Assembly: GCF_000143415.4 (NCBI RefSeq)
Contig: NW_003314283.1
Span: 320,752-384,751, forward strand
DNA: 64,000 bases
Source of the DNA: Selaginella moellendorffii
Taxonomy: Eukaryota > Plantae > Lycopodiophyta
Direction of reading: 5' to 3'
In this document: positions 60,814 to 64,000 of the stretch, one piece after another
How the letters are laid out: the number at the start of each line of letters is the position of its first letter
How positions within the stretch are numbered: the first letter of the stretch is position 1
The notes under the pieces: model-generated
Seen by the model: the letters and a program-made list of their open reading frames with translations, nothing else
What the model was told of the DNA's origin: nothing
Database searches by the model: none
Position numbers and translations under genes: made by a program

Positions 60814-60825
60814 GCTCCGATACCA
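60814..60825 (-). promoter_or_regulatory. Primer-binding site (tRNA-iMet type)
   Basis: Minus strand TGGTATCGGAGC beside the LTR at 60829. Confidence 0.85.
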
Positions 60826-60828
60826 AGT

Positions 60829-62634
60829 TGTAAGCGACTAATTTTTCCATTTTACTTTAGTCACTTAACCACACCTCTAACCACTTGGAGGAGTCTCATT
60901 CACAACCTTCATAAGTCCCAGTTAGGACTTGGGGCTTGCTAGCCCAAGGAATGGCATCCATACCACTCCACCTTTGCACTTAGTCCAAGTGCTCCACGTG
61001 TCTGATCCCATGACCGGCACCCCAAGGTACCACCAACATATCAGCCTGTTACGCTAAGGCCATGCCCATTCACCTTGGTCACACCGGTGGTCTAACGCCA
61101 CCTACATCATAGTCCCGTTCCTCAAAGACTGGGCCATCCGTTCGTGAATGATTATCCCAAATCTACTCCTTAGCATCCTTAGGATGCCCACAAACATGGG
61201 GAATAGCCTTCCCCGACAACTCTCTTCTAGTCCCCACCAAGTCCCTTTTTGTCCGTGGCCGTGTTTGCCAACACTGCCACTAGATCAAGGCCTGCAGACC
61301 CGACCTTTAAGTCCCACTAGCCTTTGGGACTTTCTCACCATGTGACCGTATCCTTGGTCACTGCACTAAAGGACTGCTCCTCTCCCTTTTCACCATTTCG
61401 GATTTTGGGATAACATTTCGGAACACCGTGGCCTTATGCAAGCCTCATGGGTACTCTCCCCACCTCCTGCCTTTTGGTGCTCTAGCCATGGGCTTAGAGC
61501 GAGGTTCCATTGAGCCACACCAGGTATCCAAGTAGGTAGTGCCACCCACACTTGGACTAGGAGCATCGGTCAGTCGATCTCCTGGGGGAACTAGAGCTGG
61601 CTCTTGAACACTTCACCAAGCTACCCCGCTTGTCAGTCCGTGTTCACTCTAGTCTTGGACTTCCCAGTGGGCAACTCATCACCCAACACTGGGTACAACC
61701 TTCCTAGGCCAAACTGGCCTTTCCTAGCCAAACTGGCTCCACTGCAGTCCTCCCCCTTACTATACTTTTGGAGCTCACCAAACCCCCCAGGGTCTAGGAG
61801 ATGAACGCTTTGGGCTTTCACCCTCTCAGACTTGAACTCGGACTCGGACTCGGACTCGGACTCGGACTCAGACTTGGACTCGGACTTGGACTCGGACTCA
61901 GGCTTGGGCTCGGTCTCGGCCTCGGCCTTGGTCTCGGTCTCGGTCCCGGTCTCGGTCCCGGTCCCGGTCTCGGTCTCGGTCCTGGTCTCGGTCTCGGTCT
62001 CGGTCTTGGTCTCAGTCTCGGTCTTGACTTCGGACTCCATCTCGGGTCCATCTTAGACTCCATCTCGGACTCCATCTCGGGTCCATCTCGGGTCCATCTC
62101 GGACTCCATCTTGAACTCCATCTTGGACTCCATCTCGTGTCCATCTCGGGTCCATCTCGGACTCCATCTCAGGTCCGTCTCAGACTCAATCTCAGATCCA
62201 TCTCGGACTCCATCTCAGGTCCGTCTCGGACTCAATCTCAGATCCATCTCGGACTCCATCTCGGGTCCATCTCGGACTCCATCTCGGGTCCGTCTCGGAC
62301 TCAATCTCGGATCCATCTCGGACTCCATCTCGGGTCCACCTCGGACTCCAACTCGGATCCATCTTGGACACCACTTCGGACTCCAACTCGGGTCCATCTC
62401 AGATATTTCCACGTGTCATGTGTTAGTCCTTCTAGTCCCTTTTTGGAGCCTCGCTTATTGCTCGCTTTGTGCTCGTTCCTTGAGCACTTTGTTGGGAGTT
62501 CCACTCCCGCTCTCGACCTTTCAAGTCAGAGCTTTTAGTCCAAATATGTTATGCTCGTTTGGTTTTCGCTTCGGCCACCACCACATGGCACTCTTCTAGC
62601 TCCACTTTGGGGCCTAGGGATTTTGTGTCTCACA
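60829..62634 (-). repeat. Family A 5' LTR with an expanded minisatellite
   Basis: TGTAAGCGAC...GTCTCACA followed by TSD AAAAG. Confidence 0.92.
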
Positions 62635-64000
62635 AAAAGATCATTAGGATTCGTCCCTACAAAATAAAGAAGGATGTCTTCAAAGTGATATTGAAAATGT
62701 AAATGCCAGAATGGCAAGTTATCAACAAGTGATATAAAATTCTAAAACCTATTTCAAATCCTTTAAATCCATGGCTCAAGCTTTTGAGCCTCGCAAACCT
62801 CATCAAGAGAAGGTGGATCTTGCTCTGCACTTTATGGACACTGAACATCAAGTACAACAACCATTGACGGCACAGAATCCTCGTCTAGAAAATCCACAAA
62901 TACTGGAACAATAAGTTCGTCAAAAACATGAGAAGAGAGTGGAGAAGGAAGAGGAGCTCGAGAAAGGGCATCAGCATCAGCCATGTGTGATGAACAACAT
63001 CAAAATCATATATGTGAAGCTTCAAAGCCCACTAAATAGTATGACCAACTAGGTTCTTCTGCTTTAATAATGAAGTAACAATAGTATGGTCACCTTCAAG
63101 TAACGTCTGAGAACTATGTAGATATGCATGAAATTTCTCGAAACCCCAGACTGTTGCTAAACACTCCTTTTCTGTCATGGAGTAGTTCACCTCCGCTGGT
63201 TGTAATGTACGGCTTATATATATATAATAAGATGGCACTGACCAAGCACACTTGGGCTATCTTGGATTAACACACCTTCAAGACCAATATCAGAAGCATC
63301 CATGCACAAAATAAAAGGTCGAGTGTAGTCAGGATATGCCAAAACCCGAAGAGTCGTTAATAGCTCTTTGAGATCCTCAAATGCCCACTCACAATCCGAA
63401 GACTAGATGAAAGATGATGTTGATGACTTCAGCAACGCTCGCAACAGTGTAGTGCAATCAGAAAAATGATCCACAAAACGACCGGGATACTGCATCTTGC
63501 CCAAGAAGCACTACACATTAGTCACACACTTTAGAGTAGGGAACTTTAGAATAGCCATAAGTTTGTCAAGATTAACTTGCAAACCCTCACAAGAAATACA
63601 ATACCCAAGATAAATTATATATTTAAACTCAAACACGCACTTCGACCACTTCAACTTTAAACCAATATCCCATAGCCAATTCAACACTTTACAAACATCA
63701 CGAATATGCTCCTCCCACAACCCCTTCAAGTGGATTAAGATATTATCAATGAAGTCAATAGTCACCTTTGGCATATTGCAAAGAACTTTATCCATCATCC
63801 ACTAGAAAGTTGCTAGAGCATTATTCAAACAAAATGACATCACCAAAAACTCGTACAAACTAAATAATGTATGAAAAGAAGTCTTAAGAATATCTTCTTT
63901 GGCCATCAGTAATTACCAGTACCTAAAAGCAAGATCTAGCTTTGTGAACCAATGACTTCGCCCCAAATGATCCAAGAAATCAATAGTGTGAGGAAAAGGG

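Larger units (their letters stand above)
39825..62634 (-). mobile_element. Complete family A LTR element carrying three nested insertions
   Basis: LTRs at 39825-44398 (interrupted) and 60829-62634. TSD AAAAG at 39820-39824 and 62635-62639. PBS at 60814-60825, PPT after 44398. Interior colinear with 2069-6118. Confidence 0.92.
38383..64000 (-). mobile_element. Decayed Ty3/Gypsy retrotransposon split by the 39825-62634 insertion; runs off the window end
   Basis: RT (DLAF.YW, LYEFLVMSF, FIDN) and RNase H (DAS, YISRTL..AEVNYS.TEKECLA) remnants at about 63000-64000. Integrase (GH...YWPEM..DV..YVRSC..CQ, GPY) at about 38750-39800. Candidate short LTR at 38383-38620 with the PPT GAGAGAAGGGGA. Confidence 0.85.

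Overview
Eukaryotic land-plant nuclear DNA. The very short (about 47-60 nt) GT-AG introns, compact genes and Arabidopsis-type telomere motif suggest a lycophyte such as Selaginella (inference). There are three zones. (1) 1-16 kb is LTR-retroelement debris, including a complete non-coding LTR element (family A, 455-7727, TSD GACAC) inserted head-on into another family A copy. (2) 17-38 kb is a gene island: a PSMD5-like pseudogene, a B-box-like ORF, two F-box genes, a secreted peptide precursor, tRNA-Thr(AGU), a cyanobacterial-type Ser/Thr kinase, two Pin-II protease inhibitors, a trihelix factor, a DUF7036-type gene, a UBZ4 zinc finger-histidine phosphatase fusion and an MNS5-like mannosidase fragment. 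(3) 38-64 kb is a nest: a decayed Gypsy element contains a family A element (39825-62634, TSD AAAAG), which contains two solo LTRs and a 12,402-bp DNA transposon (46189-58590). The transposon is the highlight. It has perfect 24-bp TIRs, a 4-bp CCAC TSD and a Sola-like DDE transposase. Divergently it carries a large spliced cargo gene joining a ParB/Srx-like domain to an FCP1-like HAD phosphatase domain. About 24 copies of an element-specific 22-bp palindrome (ATGGCRTGWGGCCWCAYGCCAT) lie in its introns and spacer, and there is a 152-bp hairpin. All family and domain assignments are by eye and need HMM or structure confirmation.
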